A stretch of 64,000 nucleotides of DNA from Cyanophyceae cyanobacterium (GCA_050331735.1 JBHJGN010000014.1:1-64000), one strand, 5' to 3'; shown: positions 28,243 to 39,724, numbered from the stretch's first letter. The notes: a model not told the origin generated them from the sequence alone. A program made the numbers and translations.

Positions 28243-30579
28243 TTAAAACTTTTCTCCAATCCCAAATTCTATTTCAGAATCGCCTTCATCGTTGATGGCG
28301 TAGTCGATCCGAATCGGCCCTAACGGTGACTGGACCCGAACTCCAGCGCCGTAACCGAAGCCACTTCCGGGCAGATCGCGGATTTCTGACGGGTTGCCGG
28401 GGACGTCATCGCCAGACCCCAGGGTGGTTCCATAGTCGAAGAAGAGTGCTCCCCCAACAACAGAAAAGATCGGAAAGCGATACTCCGCCGTTGCCTGGAG
28501 AAAATAGCGTCCACTGCCCACTTCTCCTTCAGGATAGCCCCGCACCGAGTTACTGCCGCCGACCACAAACGCTTCATAAGGCGGCAAATCGCCAAGGACG
28601 GTTCCGGCCTGCACGTTAAAGGCAATCGTCTGCGGTCCTTCGGTGAAGTTAATGAAGCTGACCGGGATGAAGTAGCTATAGTTCCCGCGCAACCGAGTCA
28701 GAAAGATGTTGCCGGAGCCAATGGGGATACTTTGGTCAAGACCTAACCGGGCAAAAGAGCCGCTCGTGGGCCGCAGGGGGTCGTCGCGGCGATCGCGCAC
28801 CGCTCCAAACCGCAGCAGGAAGAGGTCGTCTGTGCCGTCGTCGCTAAAGGCCAGATTAATGTTATCGCTGTCGTCGTTGGCTTCCTCGGCAATGTCGCCG
28901 TCGGAATTGGTCACAGCAACTCGCTGGTACTGGAACCCCGCCGAGAGTCGCCAATCTGGTTCGGCGAAGGGATTAGCCGGAATCGGTCGGGTGAAATTAA
29001 TCCCGCCTCCGGTGCGCCTGATCCGGGGGCGGTCATCGCCATCATCGGTTCTAATGTCGTCCTCGTCTCCGTCGTAGACTAGAGAAATAGAGCGTCGCCG
29101 GAAGACATTGACCGTATAGGCGGTGCGATAGGGGTCTCCGGCAATCCAGGGGTCGGTAAAGCTGGCATCAAACAGCAGCTCCCGCGTACCGAGCTGAAAC
29201 TCAGCCGCCAGGGTTTGGTTGTTGCCGCCGAGGTTCCGCTGCTGATAGCTAATCGAACCGAACAGTCCGCTTGCTGAGCTAATCCCAGCACCGGCGGCGA
29301 GGGAACCTGAACTGCCTTCGACGGCATCGATGTTAACGACGACTCGGCGGGGGTCTGAACCGGGCTCAAAGGCCAACCGCACATCTTCAAATAACCCCAA
29401 CCCAAACACTCTCTGTAAATCGGCTTGGGCCGTGTTGCGGTTAAACACGTCCCCAGGCTCGAGCTGGAGTTCTCGCGTCACGATAAAGTCGCGGGTTCTG
29501 CCTTCGGTGGGTTCGTCTTCTTCATCAAAAAATCTTACCTGAATGTCTTCAATGACTCCTTCTGCTACAACTAGCGTCACCGTGCCGTCTTCCTCCACTT
29601 CTGGGGCTCCTACGACCTGGGCAAGGTCGTAGCCGTTCTCTGTGTACCACTCGTTGAGTTCGGCGACATCGCTTTGTAGTTCCTGCAAGTTAAGAATTTC
29701 GCCGTACTGGTCGCCAAAAATTTCGTCTACCACTTCCGGGGGCAACACGCGAGCCTCGGCACTTTCTGGGACGGTTTGAACATCGACCTCACTCAACACC
29801 GGGTTTGGCTCGACCGCAAAGGTAATCCGGACGCCGAGAGGGGTGTCTTCGGGAATCACTCTGACGTTGGCGAAAAAGCCTGTAGCATAGACGGCATTGA
29901 TGTCTTCTTGAAGTTGCGATCGCGTGGTGGTTCGTCCCGGCTGAGTGCTGATGGTGCTGTAGACTAAATCTTCTAACTCTCCTTCGGCACCCGCAACCTC
30001 TACTTCTCCCACCAGGACTCGCGGCTCCTGTGCTGGAGCTGGTTCTTCAGTCGGAGGAACGACTTCAAAGGTAGCTGGGGGGTCAGGAGCTGGTTCAGTG
30101 GGGGGGACAGGGTCCGCCGGAGGTTGTGCTGGTGGGGAAGCGGGATCTGTTGGTTCCTCCTCCTCCGGCACTGGCTCAGGAGCCGGGGTGACTGGCTCGG
30201 TAGGCGGAACGTCACCTGGGGCGGGGTCTGATGGCTCAGGAAACGACTCCTGCGCCACAATTAACGCTGCTTCTGGTCGCGTTACCTCATTGGTATGGGA
30301 CATAGGAACCAGCTCGGACGGAGCAACATCCATGCCTGAAGAACTCAAAAGCGCTTCCTGACGAGGACGACTGGACACAAGATCTAAATCTAGCTCTATC
30401 TCCTGGGTTGGTGCTTGCTGACGCTCTGCATCTCTCTCTTTGCCAATCGCTTCCGCTGCTGCAAAAACGGTCTTGGTGGTTTCGACCGCTGCTACACGAG
30501 GAGACAAAGCGACAGAAAATGCCAGCAGCGAGGCTAGCGCAGGAGTAATCCGCAGTTTGTTTGTTATTGCCACTTCCAC
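28243..30579 (-). CDS. bamA: Omp85/BamA outer-membrane assembly factor
   Basis: Signal peptide, Pro/Glu-rich linker, POTRA domains, [20 protein letters not shown] and C-terminal Phe. Confidence 0.93.
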   Translation of the reverse strand: MEVAITNKLRITPALASLLAFSVALSPRVAAVETTKTVFAAAEAIGKERDAERQQAPTQEIELDLDLVSSRPRQEALLSSSGMDVAPSELVPMSHTNEVTRPEAALIVAQESFPEPSDPAPGDVPPTEPVTPAPEPVPEEEEPTDPASPPAQPPADPVPPTEPAPDPPATFEVVPPTEEPAPAQEPRVLVGEVEVAGAEGELEDLVYSTISTQPGRTTTRSQLQEDINAVYATGFFANVRVIPEDTPLGVRITFAVEPNPVLSEVDVQTVPESAEARVLPPEVVDEIFGDQYGEILNLQELQSDVAELNEWYTENGYDLAQVVGAPEVEEDGTVTLVVAEGVIEDIQVRFFDEEDEPTEGRTRDFIVTRELQLEPGDVFNRNTAQADLQRVFGLGLFEDVRLAFEPGSDPRRVVVNIDAVEGSSGSLAAGAGISSASGLFGSISYQQRNLGGNNQTLAAEFQLGTRELLFDASFTDPWIAGDPYRTAYTVNVFRRRSISLVYDGDEDDIRTDDGDDRPRIRRTGGGINFTRPIPANPFAEPDWRLSAGFQYQRVAVTNSDGDIAEEANDDSDNINLAFSDDGTDDLFLLRFGAVRDRRDDPLRPTSGSFARLGLDQSIPIGSGNIFLTRLRGNYSYFIPVSFINFTEGPQTIAFNVQAGTVLGDLPPYEAFVVGGSNSVRGYPEGEVGSGRYFLQATAEYRFPIFSVVGGALFFDYGTTLGSGDDVPGNPSEIRDLPGSGFGYGAGVRVQSPLGPIRIDYAINDEGDSEIEFGIGEKF

Positions 30580-31043
30580 ACACCCAAAAGCAATACGTTG
30601 TTTTTCATCCGTTGTTTATTATTGACTAAGTTAGGGACAACAGACTACTAAATGGTCAGATTCAGTTCCTCTGCGAGGAAGCCCCTTCCGTTCTCAGATA
30701 GGATGTCTCTCCCCTCGTGCTGTTTAATTTATTGCTAAATTGTCAAAGATTTGTTCAATGAGGCAGCAGTTCAGGAATATTGACCGTTTTCCCTAGACTC
30801 TTCTGCGGTGGAAAGGTTCCCCTCCAAACAGCGCTCAGTTGAGCAATAAACAGGTCAGCCGATTGCTGGAGGAGCATCCCTATTTTGCGAATTGCCCTCA
30901 GACTATCAGTTTGAGGCTCCAAAAAACAAAGCCTGTCTACGTCGGCTGACGCATGTTAGTGTTGCCGCGATTTTTAATTGCCGGGTATCTTTTGATCTGG
31001 CTGGTCATTGTTGATTGTGAGGGCGTAGTTCTGAGGTCTTCAA

Positions 31044-31068
31044 CTCCTGCGGAGACGCTTCGCGAACG
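31044..31068. repeat. Small dispersed repeat (SDR)-like element
   Basis: CTCC-TGC-GGAG hairpin followed by ACGCTTCGCGAACG. Resembles cyanobacterial small dispersed repeats, from recollection only. Confidence 0.4.
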
Positions 31069-31094
31069 GAACGTAAGCCTGCCCGAATTGTTGA

Positions 31095-31826
31095 TTATTC
31101 GTTGCTAATTTGAGCTAAGACCCGCTGCTGGACTTGCTCGTAAGCAGATTCAACTTGCCCCAAATCTTGGCGGAAGCGATCTTTATCCATTACTCTTGCC
31201 TGGGGATCTGCTTCGGCTTGGTTCCACAGGCGGCAGGTATCTGGACTAATTTCGTCGGCTAGCAGCACTCGCTGTTGCTCGACTCCAAACTCTAGCTTGA
31301 AGTCTACGAGGGCAATGCCACAGCGATTAAAGAAGTCTTTGAGATGCTGATTAATTTGTAGCGCCAGGGACTGAATTTGCTCTAGCTGCTGCGGAGTGGC
31401 TAGGTTTAATAGGAACAGGCGATCACGGGTGAGCAGCGGATCGCCTAGCTCATCGTTTTTAAAATAGAATTCCACAAGCGGCGATGGCAGCACGGTCCCT
31501 AGTGCTAATCCGGTTTCTCGACAGAGACTGCCAGCGGCAATATTTCTGACTACGACTTCAATCGGCAATATTTCAACAGCCCTTACTCTCATTTGCTGAG
31601 GCGCTGGTCGATCGATGTAGTGAGTGGGAATGCCTTGGGTTTCTAACCACTCAAACAAAGCTGCCGAAACTGAACAATTAACTGTTCCTTTTCCCTGAAT
31701 CGTTCCCCGCTTCTGAGCATTGAAGGCGGTAGCATCGTCCTTAAATTCAGCGAGTAAAATGCCTGGATCTTCTGTGGAGTAGAGGATCTTCGCTTTTCCT
31801 TCGTATAGCTTTTGTTGTTGCAGCAT
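31095..31826 (-). CDS. purC: SAICAR synthetase
   Basis: LYEGKAK, FKDDATAFN, DFKLEFG and ADEISPDTCRLW motifs. Confidence 0.97.
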   Translation of the reverse strand: MLQQQKLYEGKAKILYSTEDPGILLAEFKDDATAFNAQKRGTIQGKGTVNCSVSAALFEWLETQGIPTHYIDRPAPQQMRVRAVEILPIEVVVRNIAAGSLCRETGLALGTVLPSPLVEFYFKNDELGDPLLTRDRLFLLNLATPQQLEQIQSLALQINQHLKDFFNRCGIALVDFKLEFGVEQQRVLLADEISPDTCRLWNQAEADPQARVMDKDRFRQDLGQVESAYEQVQQRVLAQISNE

Positions 31827-32001
31827 TTATTTGAGTAACACCACTAGAACGGGGCAAAAATAACTATATAACTTATACTACTGTCTGTTTCGCTCTGATT
31901 GAGCAATAGCCGTTTATGTTAACTAACTTATTTTCGTCTTTGGTGAATTCATGCTGAATACAGCAGCTTTTGTTCTTACTTAAAACAGCTCTTCACAAAT
32001 T

Positions 32002-32148
32002 TAATACCAATTAGAAAAAGTAATAGGAGACTTGATGAGTTGGGGGAAAGGGGAAGGGGAAAAGGGAAGCACAGCAGCTCTTTGCCCTTGAACCTCCAAT
32101 TGTTGGTTAGTTTGGGAACTATCTGACTACTTTCGGCAAATGGTATAA
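32002..32148. mobile_element. Putative 147-bp MITE-like element
   Basis: Imperfect terminal inverted repeats TAATACCAATTAGAAAAAGTA / TACTTTCGGCAAATGGTATAA (15 of 21 matches), with an internal GGGGAAAGGGGAAGGGGAAAAGGG tract. Confidence 0.5.
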
Positions 32149-32462
32149 ATTAGTCAATTAGTCTTTCCTAGAAACTTGTCATTGCTGTGCAAACAAACAC
32201 AATAGCAATGTTGAAAAAAGCTGGCTTGATTGGTTAGAAGAAAGTTTTTTGACTTGGCTAATGTTTAAGAAAGGCTGAAAGATTATTCAGATATTTCACA
32301 AAAGTCTATCTTAAGCTAGATTACAGGCCCAGGCATTTCAGTAACGTCTACTATTCTTGCTGCTAGCTTCGATCAGTACGCTTACGGACTAAGTTAACTT
32401 GAATATCTAGTTAGAATTTTTTAGATAAAATCGAAAAGATCAGATGATAGGAGACAACAGTA

Positions 32463-32735
32463 GTGACAGAAAAAGATAAAAATGACTTTCTATATCCTCG
32501 CAGTTCCTATCATGGAGAGGTCAAACCTGAAAATTTAGTCTTCAATGCAAATCTGCAAGAATTTACGCAGAAGGTCAGCTATATCTGCAATTTAGAAACA
32601 GCGGGTAAAATGACTCCGCTGGAAGCTTACGACAAAATTAAAGAGCTTTGGAAACAACTCAAAAAAAGTAAAAAAGAATTGGGAGTAGGTGAAGCTCCCT
32701 TTGAGTCGGGCGAAGATGAGGAGCCAGAGCTGTAA
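32463..32735 (+). CDS. Small conserved cyanobacterial protein
   Basis: FLYP.S.Y.G..KPENLVFNANLQEF.QKV.YIC.LET.GK motif; AGGAG RBS. Confidence 0.8.
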   Translation: MTEKDKNDFLYPRSSYHGEVKPENLVFNANLQEFTQKVSYICNLETAGKMTPLEAYDKIKELWKQLKKSKKELGVGEAPFESGEDEEPEL

Positions 32736-32864
32736 AAGCTCTTAGCTTTTAGCTAACTGAATAGAATATCAACCCAAGGGAAAGCGAGTAGCTCTTAGCT
32801 GCTATCTGAGGGAGACAATGCCTGCTAGATTAGTAAGCGATCGCCAAATCACCGGGTACTGCCA

Positions 32865-33890
32865 ATGTCTCGTTCCCAAGCTCTCCTTTACTATATCTGT
32901 GCTCGTCTGCTGTTAGCTCCCCTGATGCTGTGGACCATTGTTACTCTGGTATTTCTGCTGCTGCGAGCGACTCCAGGAGATCCGGCTGATGCTATTTTAG
33001 GGACTCGCGCTCCCGAAGCGGTGAAAGAGGCTCTGCGAGAGCAGCTCGGATTATCAGATTCGCTATGGGTGCAGTACGCACACTATCTGGGACGCTTACT
33101 AAGCCTAGATTTAGGGAGTTCGCTCACCAGCCGAGGACTATCAGTGTGGGAAGTGATTGGGCAATACTTTCCAGCAACGGTAGAGCTCACTTTTTATGGA
33201 ATGCTGGTGGCTGTTTTCGTAGGGGTCAGCGTTGGTATTTTGTCCGCGTCTCGTCCCGGGACGGTCTTTGATGCCGGGGGACGCTTGTTTGGCATTATCA
33301 CCTACTCTCTCCCTCTATTTTGGGTGGGGATGCTCCTACAGTTAGTTTTCTCCGTCCAGTTGGGTTGGTTCCCGCTGGGAACGCGCTATCCACTGAGCGC
33401 TCCGGCTCCACCGAGTATTACCGGACTGTATACGGTGGATAGCCTGCTGGTTGGCAATTTTGGTCAGTTCTTCACGGCTGTGTACTATTTAGCGCTACCG
33501 TGTTTATCTTTAGGGGTGCTGTTGAGCGGTATCTTTGAAAGAATGGTGCGCGTAAACCTGAAGCAAACGCTGCGCTCTGACTATGTAGAAGCGGCTAGAG
33601 CCAGAGGAATCCGCGAAAGGCGGATTATTGTTGCCCATGCGCTCAAAAATGCCCTCATTCCGGTGATTACGGTATTAGGACTTACCTTTGCGGCTCTGTT
33701 AGGGGGAGCCGTGTTAACCGAAGTGACTTTTTCGTGGCCCGGCTTAGGCAACCGTCTCTATGAGGCAATTTCCTCGCGAGACTATCCGACAGTCCAGGGA
33801 ATTATGGTCTTTTTTGGAGCAATTGTTGTGGTTGCCAGCATCCTAATTGATATTATCAATGCCTGGATCGATCCCCGGATTCGCTATTGA
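32865..33890 (+). CDS. Peptide/nickel ABC transporter permease (DppB/OppB-like)
   Basis: PGDPA, EAARARG (EAA loop), E.TFSWPGLG, RDYPTVQG and DPRIRY motifs. Confidence 0.92.
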   Translation: MSRSQALLYYICARLLLAPLMLWTIVTLVFLLLRATPGDPADAILGTRAPEAVKEALREQLGLSDSLWVQYAHYLGRLLSLDLGSSLTSRGLSVWEVIGQYFPATVELTFYGMLVAVFVGVSVGILSASRPGTVFDAGGRLFGIITYSLPLFWVGMLLQLVFSVQLGWFPLGTRYPLSAPAPPSITGLYTVDSLLVGNFGQFFTAVYYLALPCLSLGVLLSGIFERMVRVNLKQTLRSDYVEAARARGIRERRIIVAHALKNALIPVITVLGLTFAALLGGAVLTEVTFSWPGLGNRLYEAISSRDYPTVQGIMVFFGAIVVVASILIDIINAWIDPRIRY

Positions 33891-33923
33891 GGAAGGGGAA
33901 AAGGAAAAATAAACCATCAACCA

Positions 33924-35459
33924 TCAACAATGATGCTTTTTTCCCCTTGATGGTGACGTGCTATTGGTTAGCCGTTCTCGTTTCTGATGCTCCAAGGGCA
34001 GTAACGGTAGCGTGACGGTAAAGGTCGCTCCTTGTCCTTCCCCCGGACTAGCTGCCGCAATGGTGCCGCCATGTAGCTCTACCAGGTTGCGGGTAATGGC
34101 TAATCCTAGCCCCAGTCCCCCACCAGCAGACTTAAGGCTGCCCTGGCAAAATCGTTCAAAGACGTGGGGTAAAAACTCTGGGGCAATACCAATGCCGCTA
34201 TCTTTGACGTGCACAACGGCCTGAGTATCCTCTTGCACTAGCATGACCTCTATAGAGCCGCTGTCAGGGGTAAACTTCACGGCATTGTTCAAGAGATTCC
34301 CAAACACCTGCTGGAGGCGATCCGGATCGCCATTGACAGTAACAGAGGTCGCCAACTGAGTCTTAATCTGAATCTGTTTGTTATTCGCAGTCGGACAAAC
34401 GGTATCAATGGCCCCAGCAACGACCGGACCTAAACTGAGAGGACAAAGAGAAAGGCGAACTTTACCTTGAACGATCCGAGATAAATCTAACAGATCCTCA
34501 ATGAGCTGGTTTTGGGCCTGAGCGTTACGCTCAATCACGCTGAGAGCCTTGGCCGTCATCGCCTCGTTGGCAGAGCTAGTCCGCAGAAGCTGAATCCAGC
34601 CGAGAATAGCATTGAGAGGCGATCGCAGTTCGTGGGAAACGATGGCGAGAAATTCGTCTTTGGTGCGATTAGCGATTTCTGCTTCCTGGCGAGCTTCCTG
34701 TTCGCTCTTCAAAAGCTGTTCGCGCTCTTGCTCAATCTGCTTGCGCGTGGTGATATCTGTTAGCATCGCTAAAGATCCAAGGAATTCTCCCTGCCGACTG
34801 ATTCTCGGACGAGTCGAAACAATAGCCCACAGTTTGGAGCCGTCTTGGCGGCGGTAGCAAAAGTCGAATTGCTCTTTCACTCCTTGCTTGCGTCGCTCTA
34901 CAATCCGTTCTGCCTCAGCACGAGCTTCGCAATCCATAAATTCGTACAGAGAGCGACCCTGCATTTCCTGGGGGCTGTAGCCCAGCATCTCCGCCATCCG
35001 CTGGTTAACGTACTCGGTTTGCATGGCAGCATCGAGCAGCCAAATTCCTTCATAGGCAGTATCAACGAGGCGGCGATACTGCTCCTCGCTTTCCTGGAGC
35101 CGTCGCAGATTGTGCTCTGCTTTCTCTTTAGCGGCTCGGAGCGAGGCATTTAAAGAACTGATGGTAATGGCTAACAGACTAAAAATAGCGAGCTGTAGAA
35201 AATCGGCCCCGCTTACTTGTCCTAAGGAGTACAGCGGCGGAATCAGGAAATAGTCACTTGCCAGCACCGCTAAGACAGTAGCCAGTAAACCTGGACCAAG
35301 TCCGCCATACCAGGTACTCAGCATTACCGCTGCAAAAAACAGCAGGGAAACAGTCGGTGCAATGAACGGGAGCAGTAATTTGGTAAGCAGAAGCGCTGAG
35401 GCAACAGACAGAATGGCCACTCCGTAATGCCGTCGTTGAAAGCGCGGGACTGAAAGCAT
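33924..35459 (-). CDS. Sensor histidine kinase (DUF4118-like TM, PAS, HisKA, HATPase)
   Basis: Four-TM N-terminus, PAS/PAC, SHELRSPL, NAVKFT, DSGIG and GLGLGL motifs. Confidence 0.92.
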   Translation of the reverse strand: MLSVPRFQRRHYGVAILSVASALLLTKLLLPFIAPTVSLLFFAAVMLSTWYGGLGPGLLATVLAVLASDYFLIPPLYSLGQVSGADFLQLAIFSLLAITISSLNASLRAAKEKAEHNLRRLQESEEQYRRLVDTAYEGIWLLDAAMQTEYVNQRMAEMLGYSPQEMQGRSLYEFMDCEARAEAERIVERRKQGVKEQFDFCYRRQDGSKLWAIVSTRPRISRQGEFLGSLAMLTDITTRKQIEQEREQLLKSEQEARQEAEIANRTKDEFLAIVSHELRSPLNAILGWIQLLRTSSANEAMTAKALSVIERNAQAQNQLIEDLLDLSRIVQGKVRLSLCPLSLGPVVAGAIDTVCPTANNKQIQIKTQLATSVTVNGDPDRLQQVFGNLLNNAVKFTPDSGSIEVMLVQEDTQAVVHVKDSGIGIAPEFLPHVFERFCQGSLKSAGGGLGLGLAITRNLVELHGGTIAAASPGEGQGATFTVTLPLLPLEHQKRERLTNSTSPSRGKKHHC

Positions 35460-35765
35460 TAAATCGCTTTTCTCCTCTCTAATTCTGCTCGCAGGAGAGT
35501 CATTGAGCTGACGTTAACACAAACTTTGGCAAGATTCAGATAGAGCTTTGATGTCGAGCCAAAAACCTTGGTAGACACTGGTATGTAATACTACAAAAAT
35601 CACTTTAAGGCCAATTTACCTCCGTCTGAAGAAGTAACTCGGTGAAGAGGATCGATATTAAAATTTAGGAGACTGGCAATCACAAATAACTGAATGAGGA
35701 GTTGACGAGCTCAATTTGTGTCTTGCGAACAGTTTACCAAACATTACTTAATTTTGTGATAAAGA

Positions 35766-35892
35766 GTAACGCAACAGGGAAAGGCAAAAGAAAACTTGTC
35801 CCTGGCGGGACGGTGAAAGGGCTAAAGTTCAACGCTATTTCATTCCTCCCTTTGCCCTTTCCCCCTTTCCCTTTTCCCCGCGCCTAGACGCT
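35766..35892. repeat. Composite repeat, degenerate copy F
   Basis: GTCCC-TGGC-GGGAC at 35798-35811, with purine and pyrimidine arms. Confidence 0.7.
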
Positions 35893-35973
35893 AACCCCAG
35901 CTCTGCAACCATGAGAGTTAGGTAGCTCCTATCGGTCTTAGAAATCTATCCCTTCGCGTGTTCTAAGGATGTT

Positions 35974-38046
35974 ATGGATATTGCCGCTACTGTTAGAGAA
36001 CCGATCGTCACGTTCGCTCTGCTGATTGCCGTCATTCTCCTCATTCCTCCGCTCTTTGAACGGCTGCGGCTGCCGGGGTTGGTTGGCTTACTGGCGGCTG
36101 GGGTTCTGTTTGGCCCTAGCGGACTGAATTGGCTCCACCCTAATTCTGAAAGCATGAAGCTGCTGGCGGACATCGGGAAAATTTACCTCATGTTTGTGGC
36201 TGGTTTAGAAATCGATTTAGAGCAGTTCCGCCGCACCAAAAATCGCTCTTTCGGGTTTGGATTAGCGACGTTTGCTGTGCCACTCCTGACTGGCATACTG
36301 GTCGGTCGCTTATTTGAGTTCGACTGGAATGCGTCGGTGCTGATTGGCTCTCTGCTCGCTTCCCATACTCTCCTGGCCTATCCGATTGTTAAACGCCTGG
36401 GGGTCATCAGTGATGAAGCGGTTATCGTCACCATTGGAGCCACCATCTTTACCGACATTGGCGCTTTGTTAGTGCTGGCGGTGTGCGTTGGCATCAACCA
36501 AGGCGATTTCTCCCCGGCTAACTTAGCAATTTTGCTCGTTTCTTTGGCCATCTATGCCGTGGCAATTCTGTGGGGCTTCGATAAGCTCGGGAAAGAGTTT
36601 TTCCGGCGCTCCAAAAACGACCAGGGGAATCAGTTTTTGTTTGTGCTGCTCGCCGTGTTTCTGGCTTCGGTGGGAGCGCAGCTAATCGGCGTTGAAATGA
36701 TTGTCGGCGCTTTTTTGGCGGGATTAGCGGTCAACGATGTTTTGGGAGACGGACCCGTTAAGGAGAAGGTTGAGTTTATCGGTTCGGTGCTGTTCATCCC
36801 CATTTTCTTTGTGGCGATGGGGTTGCTGCTGGATTTAGGAGCCTTTGCTGAAACCCTCAGTTCCTTTGGGCTGACGCTAGCGATTATTGGCGGATTAATG
36901 GCCAGTAAGTTTCTCGCCGCTCTGGCGGTAAAACTGATTTACCGCTACAGTTGGACTCAAACTTTAACGATGTGGTCTTTATCTGTTCCCCAGGTAGCGG
37001 CAACCTTAGCAGCAACGTTGGTGGGTTACGAAGAAGGGATTCTTCCCGAAACGGTATTTAACAGCGTCATTCTCATGATGCTGGTGACTGCTATGCTCGG
37101 ACCGCTCGTGACCACCCGCACCGCTGCCAAACTAGCACCAGAATCTACCTTCTCAGATGAGATACCTCCTGCGAGCGTCTCTAGCGGTTTAACGGTAGTG
37201 GTTCCGGTTTATAATCCTCAAACTGAGCGGTATTTAATGGAAATGGCTGCTTTACTCGCCCGTCAGGTTGAGGGGCGCACTGTGCCATTAGCGATCGCCA
37301 AAGCCCAGGCGCGGATGGATGCCCCCCAGATGGAGAGGGCGATCGCCCGCTGTCAGGACTTGCTCGCTCAAGCAACTCACCTCAGCCGCGAACTCGGAGT
37401 GGAAGTCATGCCCAAGCTGCGGATTGAATTCGATGTTGCTGAGGCGATTAGCCACGCTGCCCGCGAAGAACACGCCGATCTCATTGTTTTAGGCATGAGC
37501 GATCGCGTTGGGTTTCGCGCCCGTTTGTTTGGGAATATTACCGATAGCGTACTGTGGTCTGCTCACTGCATAGTCGCCGTTGCCCGCCTGCTCGATTCGC
37601 CCCTAACTACTCGCCGGATTCTAGTGCCGGTGTCACACGTTAAGTCAGCAGCACGGCTGCTAGAGTTTGCTCAGCTATTGGCTCAGCCGAACGGCGCATC
37701 GGTGACCCTACTGCATGTTTGTCACCCCAGTACCCCCCATCGTCAGAGAACTTGGCTCTACGATCAGTTGACGATTACTATCACGGCGCTCGCGCCTTCT
37801 AATCCGGTAGACATCCGAATCATTGCCCAGGAAAGCGTCAGTGCCGCCATTGGACAAGCCTCCCGGGCTTACGATCTTGTCATTGTGCGCTCGCAGCGAC
37901 GGCGCATTGGCGGGGATGGATTGGCGCTGAGTGAAGTGACCGCTCCTATTCTGCAAAAGCTCGTTTGCTCGGTCATTCTCCTCGGAGAACCTCAGGGCAA
38001 GCAACAGTGGCAACTGTTTAACCGCCGCCAAGGCGTGTCTTTATAG
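35974..38046 (+). CDS. Cation:proton antiporter (CPA2) with C-terminal universal-stress domains
   Basis: MFVAGLE, GAFLAGL and FIPIFFV motifs; two USP-like domains (ADLIVLG, LFGNITD). Confidence 0.9.
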   Translation: MDIAATVREPIVTFALLIAVILLIPPLFERLRLPGLVGLLAAGVLFGPSGLNWLHPNSESMKLLADIGKIYLMFVAGLEIDLEQFRRTKNRSFGFGLATFAVPLLTGILVGRLFEFDWNASVLIGSLLASHTLLAYPIVKRLGVISDEAVIVTIGATIFTDIGALLVLAVCVGINQGDFSPANLAILLVSLAIYAVAILWGFDKLGKEFFRRSKNDQGNQFLFVLLAVFLASVGAQLIGVEMIVGAFLAGLAVNDVLGDGPVKEKVEFIGSVLFIPIFFVAMGLLLDLGAFAETLSSFGLTLAIIGGLMASKFLAALAVKLIYRYSWTQTLTMWSLSVPQVAATLAATLVGYEEGILPETVFNSVILMMLVTAMLGPLVTTRTAAKLAPESTFSDEIPPASVSSGLTVVVPVYNPQTERYLMEMAALLARQVEGRTVPLAIAKAQARMDAPQMERAIARCQDLLAQATHLSRELGVEVMPKLRIEFDVAEAISHAAREEHADLIVLGMSDRVGFRARLFGNITDSVLWSAHCIVAVARLLDSPLTTRRILVPVSHVKSAARLLEFAQLLAQPNGASVTLLHVCHPSTPHRQRTWLYDQLTITITALAPSNPVDIRIIAQESVSAAIGQASRAYDLVIVRSQRRRIGGDGLALSEVTAPILQKLVCSVILLGEPQGKQQWQLFNRRQGVSL

Positions 38047-38102
38047 TTCACTGCTCGTGCCTGATTGGTGTCTGACGAAGCTGGAGGAGCGCGGTGTTGC
38101 CT

Positions 38103-38462
38103 CTACAGCAAACGGAAGATAAAGGGATAGCGGAACGCAGTCTCTGTATGATTCAAAGAGTAAACGATGGCCCAAATTGTCAATCCCCAGTGGTAAAGCA
38201 ACCAGATTGGTCCTAAGATCCAACCCAGCAAACCAAGGGTCAGGAAAGACAGGACGGCAATAATGCCACCAATTAGCCAGACATTGAGGTGAAAGTTAAT
38301 CGCCTCTTTAGCATTTTCTTTCACCACCGGATCTTCAGAGACGAAGAAAATAGCGATCGGAATGCCGATTGAGGCAATCAAGGCACTAATAAAAATAGAA
38401 GCGTGAGACCCCGCAGAAAGCAACTTCCGCTTGTCTAGATCGAAATTAGTGTCTGCTTGCAT
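38103..38462 (-). CDS. DUF4870-like membrane protein
   Basis: AKEAINFH and FRYP motifs; three TM segments. Confidence 0.8.
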   Translation of the reverse strand: MQADTNFDLDKRKLLSAGSHASIFISALIASIGIPIAIFFVSEDPVVKENAKEAINFHLNVWLIGGIIAVLSFLTLGLLGWILGPIWLLYHWGLTIWAIVYSLNHTETAFRYPFIFRLL

Positions 38463-38812
38463 ATTAAAAAGAATCTTTATTTAACTATCGATATGACATT
38501 TATCGTAACGTTGGCTCAGTAAAAATCGTAGTCAAGATTCCTCTCCACTGCGGTTCTGTTTGCCGAACTTAAGCTCCTTCACGCACGGAGGAAGCTCGCA
38601 TTCGATCGCCAAGTCAGAGGACTCACTCAGGCTCTGATAACACATTTGTGCGATTGCGCTCTAGAGAAAAACACGTTACTTTGTCAGCAATTAGTACTGT
38701 GGATGTATTAAGAAATGAATTTTCCTAAAAGTATCGACGTAAGGTTAAAATGCTGATCGAAAGCTCGCCTGGACGCTACTCCCCGATCTAATCGCTCATC
38801 CTTCCCTATGCT

Positions 38813-39724
38813 TTGATGCTGTCTATTTATATCCTGACCTACAACGAAGAAATTGATATTGCTGAGTGCATTGAATCTGCTTTGGCAGTGGGCTGTGATG
38901 ACGTGATTGTGGTTGACTCCTACAGTAGCGATCACACCGTGGAAATTGCCTCGACCTATCCGGTACAACTCGTTCTGCATCCCTTCGAGAGTCACGGTCA
39001 GCAGCGGACCTGGATGCTTAATAGCGTCACCACTAAATACGAGTGGGCGTACCTCCTCGAAGCGGACGAACGCATGACTCCTTCCCTGTATGCTGAGTGT
39101 CAAGCAGCTATTCAGTCGGGTCAGGCGGTGGGCTATTACGTGGCCGAGAAAGTGATGTTTATGGGAAAGTGGATTCGCCACAGTACCCAGTATCCTCGCT
39201 ACCAACTGCGCCTCCTCCACAAAGGCCGAGTGTGGTTTACGGACTATGGACATACCGAACGAGAAGTCTGCGATGGCCCTGTCGGCTTTCTACAAGAAAC
39301 CTATCCTCACTACACCTGTAGCAAAGGCTTGAATCGCTGGATCGAAAAACACAATCGCTATTCGACAGACGAAGCCAAAGAAACGCTCAGGCAGCTACAG
39401 AGTGGCAGCGTTAACTGGCGCGAGTTACTGTTTGGGTCATCAGAGGTCACAAAGCGTCGGGCGCTCAAAGATTTATCGCTGCGGCTGCCGTTTAGACCCC
39501 TGCTGCGCTGGCTATATATGTACTTTCTGCTTGGAGGCATCCTCGATGGACGAGCCGGATTTGCCTGGTGTACGCTCCAGGCATTTTATGAGTATTTGAT
39601 TTTGCTAAAAGTAGAAGAACTGAAGCGCCTGTCTTCATCCGTGGGGGCAGCAGTGACAGAACAGTACTCCTGGAAAGCAGTTGTACCAACGAACTACTCT
39701 AGCGAACGCTCGTCTACTCGCTAG
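38813..39724 (+). CDS. Glycosyltransferase family 2
   Basis: ILTYNEE, VVDSYSSD, EADE and KHNRYS motifs. Its 3' end overlaps that of dnaG by 11 nt. Confidence 0.92.
   Translation: MMLSIYILTYNEEIDIAECIESALAVGCDDVIVVDSYSSDHTVEIASTYPVQLVLHPFESHGQQRTWMLNSVTTKYEWAYLLEADERMTPSLYAECQAAIQSGQAVGYYVAEKVMFMGKWIRHSTQYPRYQLRLLHKGRVWFTDYGHTEREVCDGPVGFLQETYPHYTCSKGLNRWIEKHNRYSTDEAKETLRQLQSGSVNWRELLFGSSEVTKRRALKDLSLRLPFRPLLRWLYMYFLLGGILDGRAGFAWCTLQAFYEYLILLKVEELKRLSSSVGAAVTEQYSWKAVVPTNYSSERSSTR

Noticed and set aside
35581..35594. GTA-N8-TAC NtcA-like palindrome between the kinase and antiporter genes
   Set aside because: No TAN3T -10 element at the expected spacing of about 22 nt on either strand, and a 6-bp pattern is frequent by chance.
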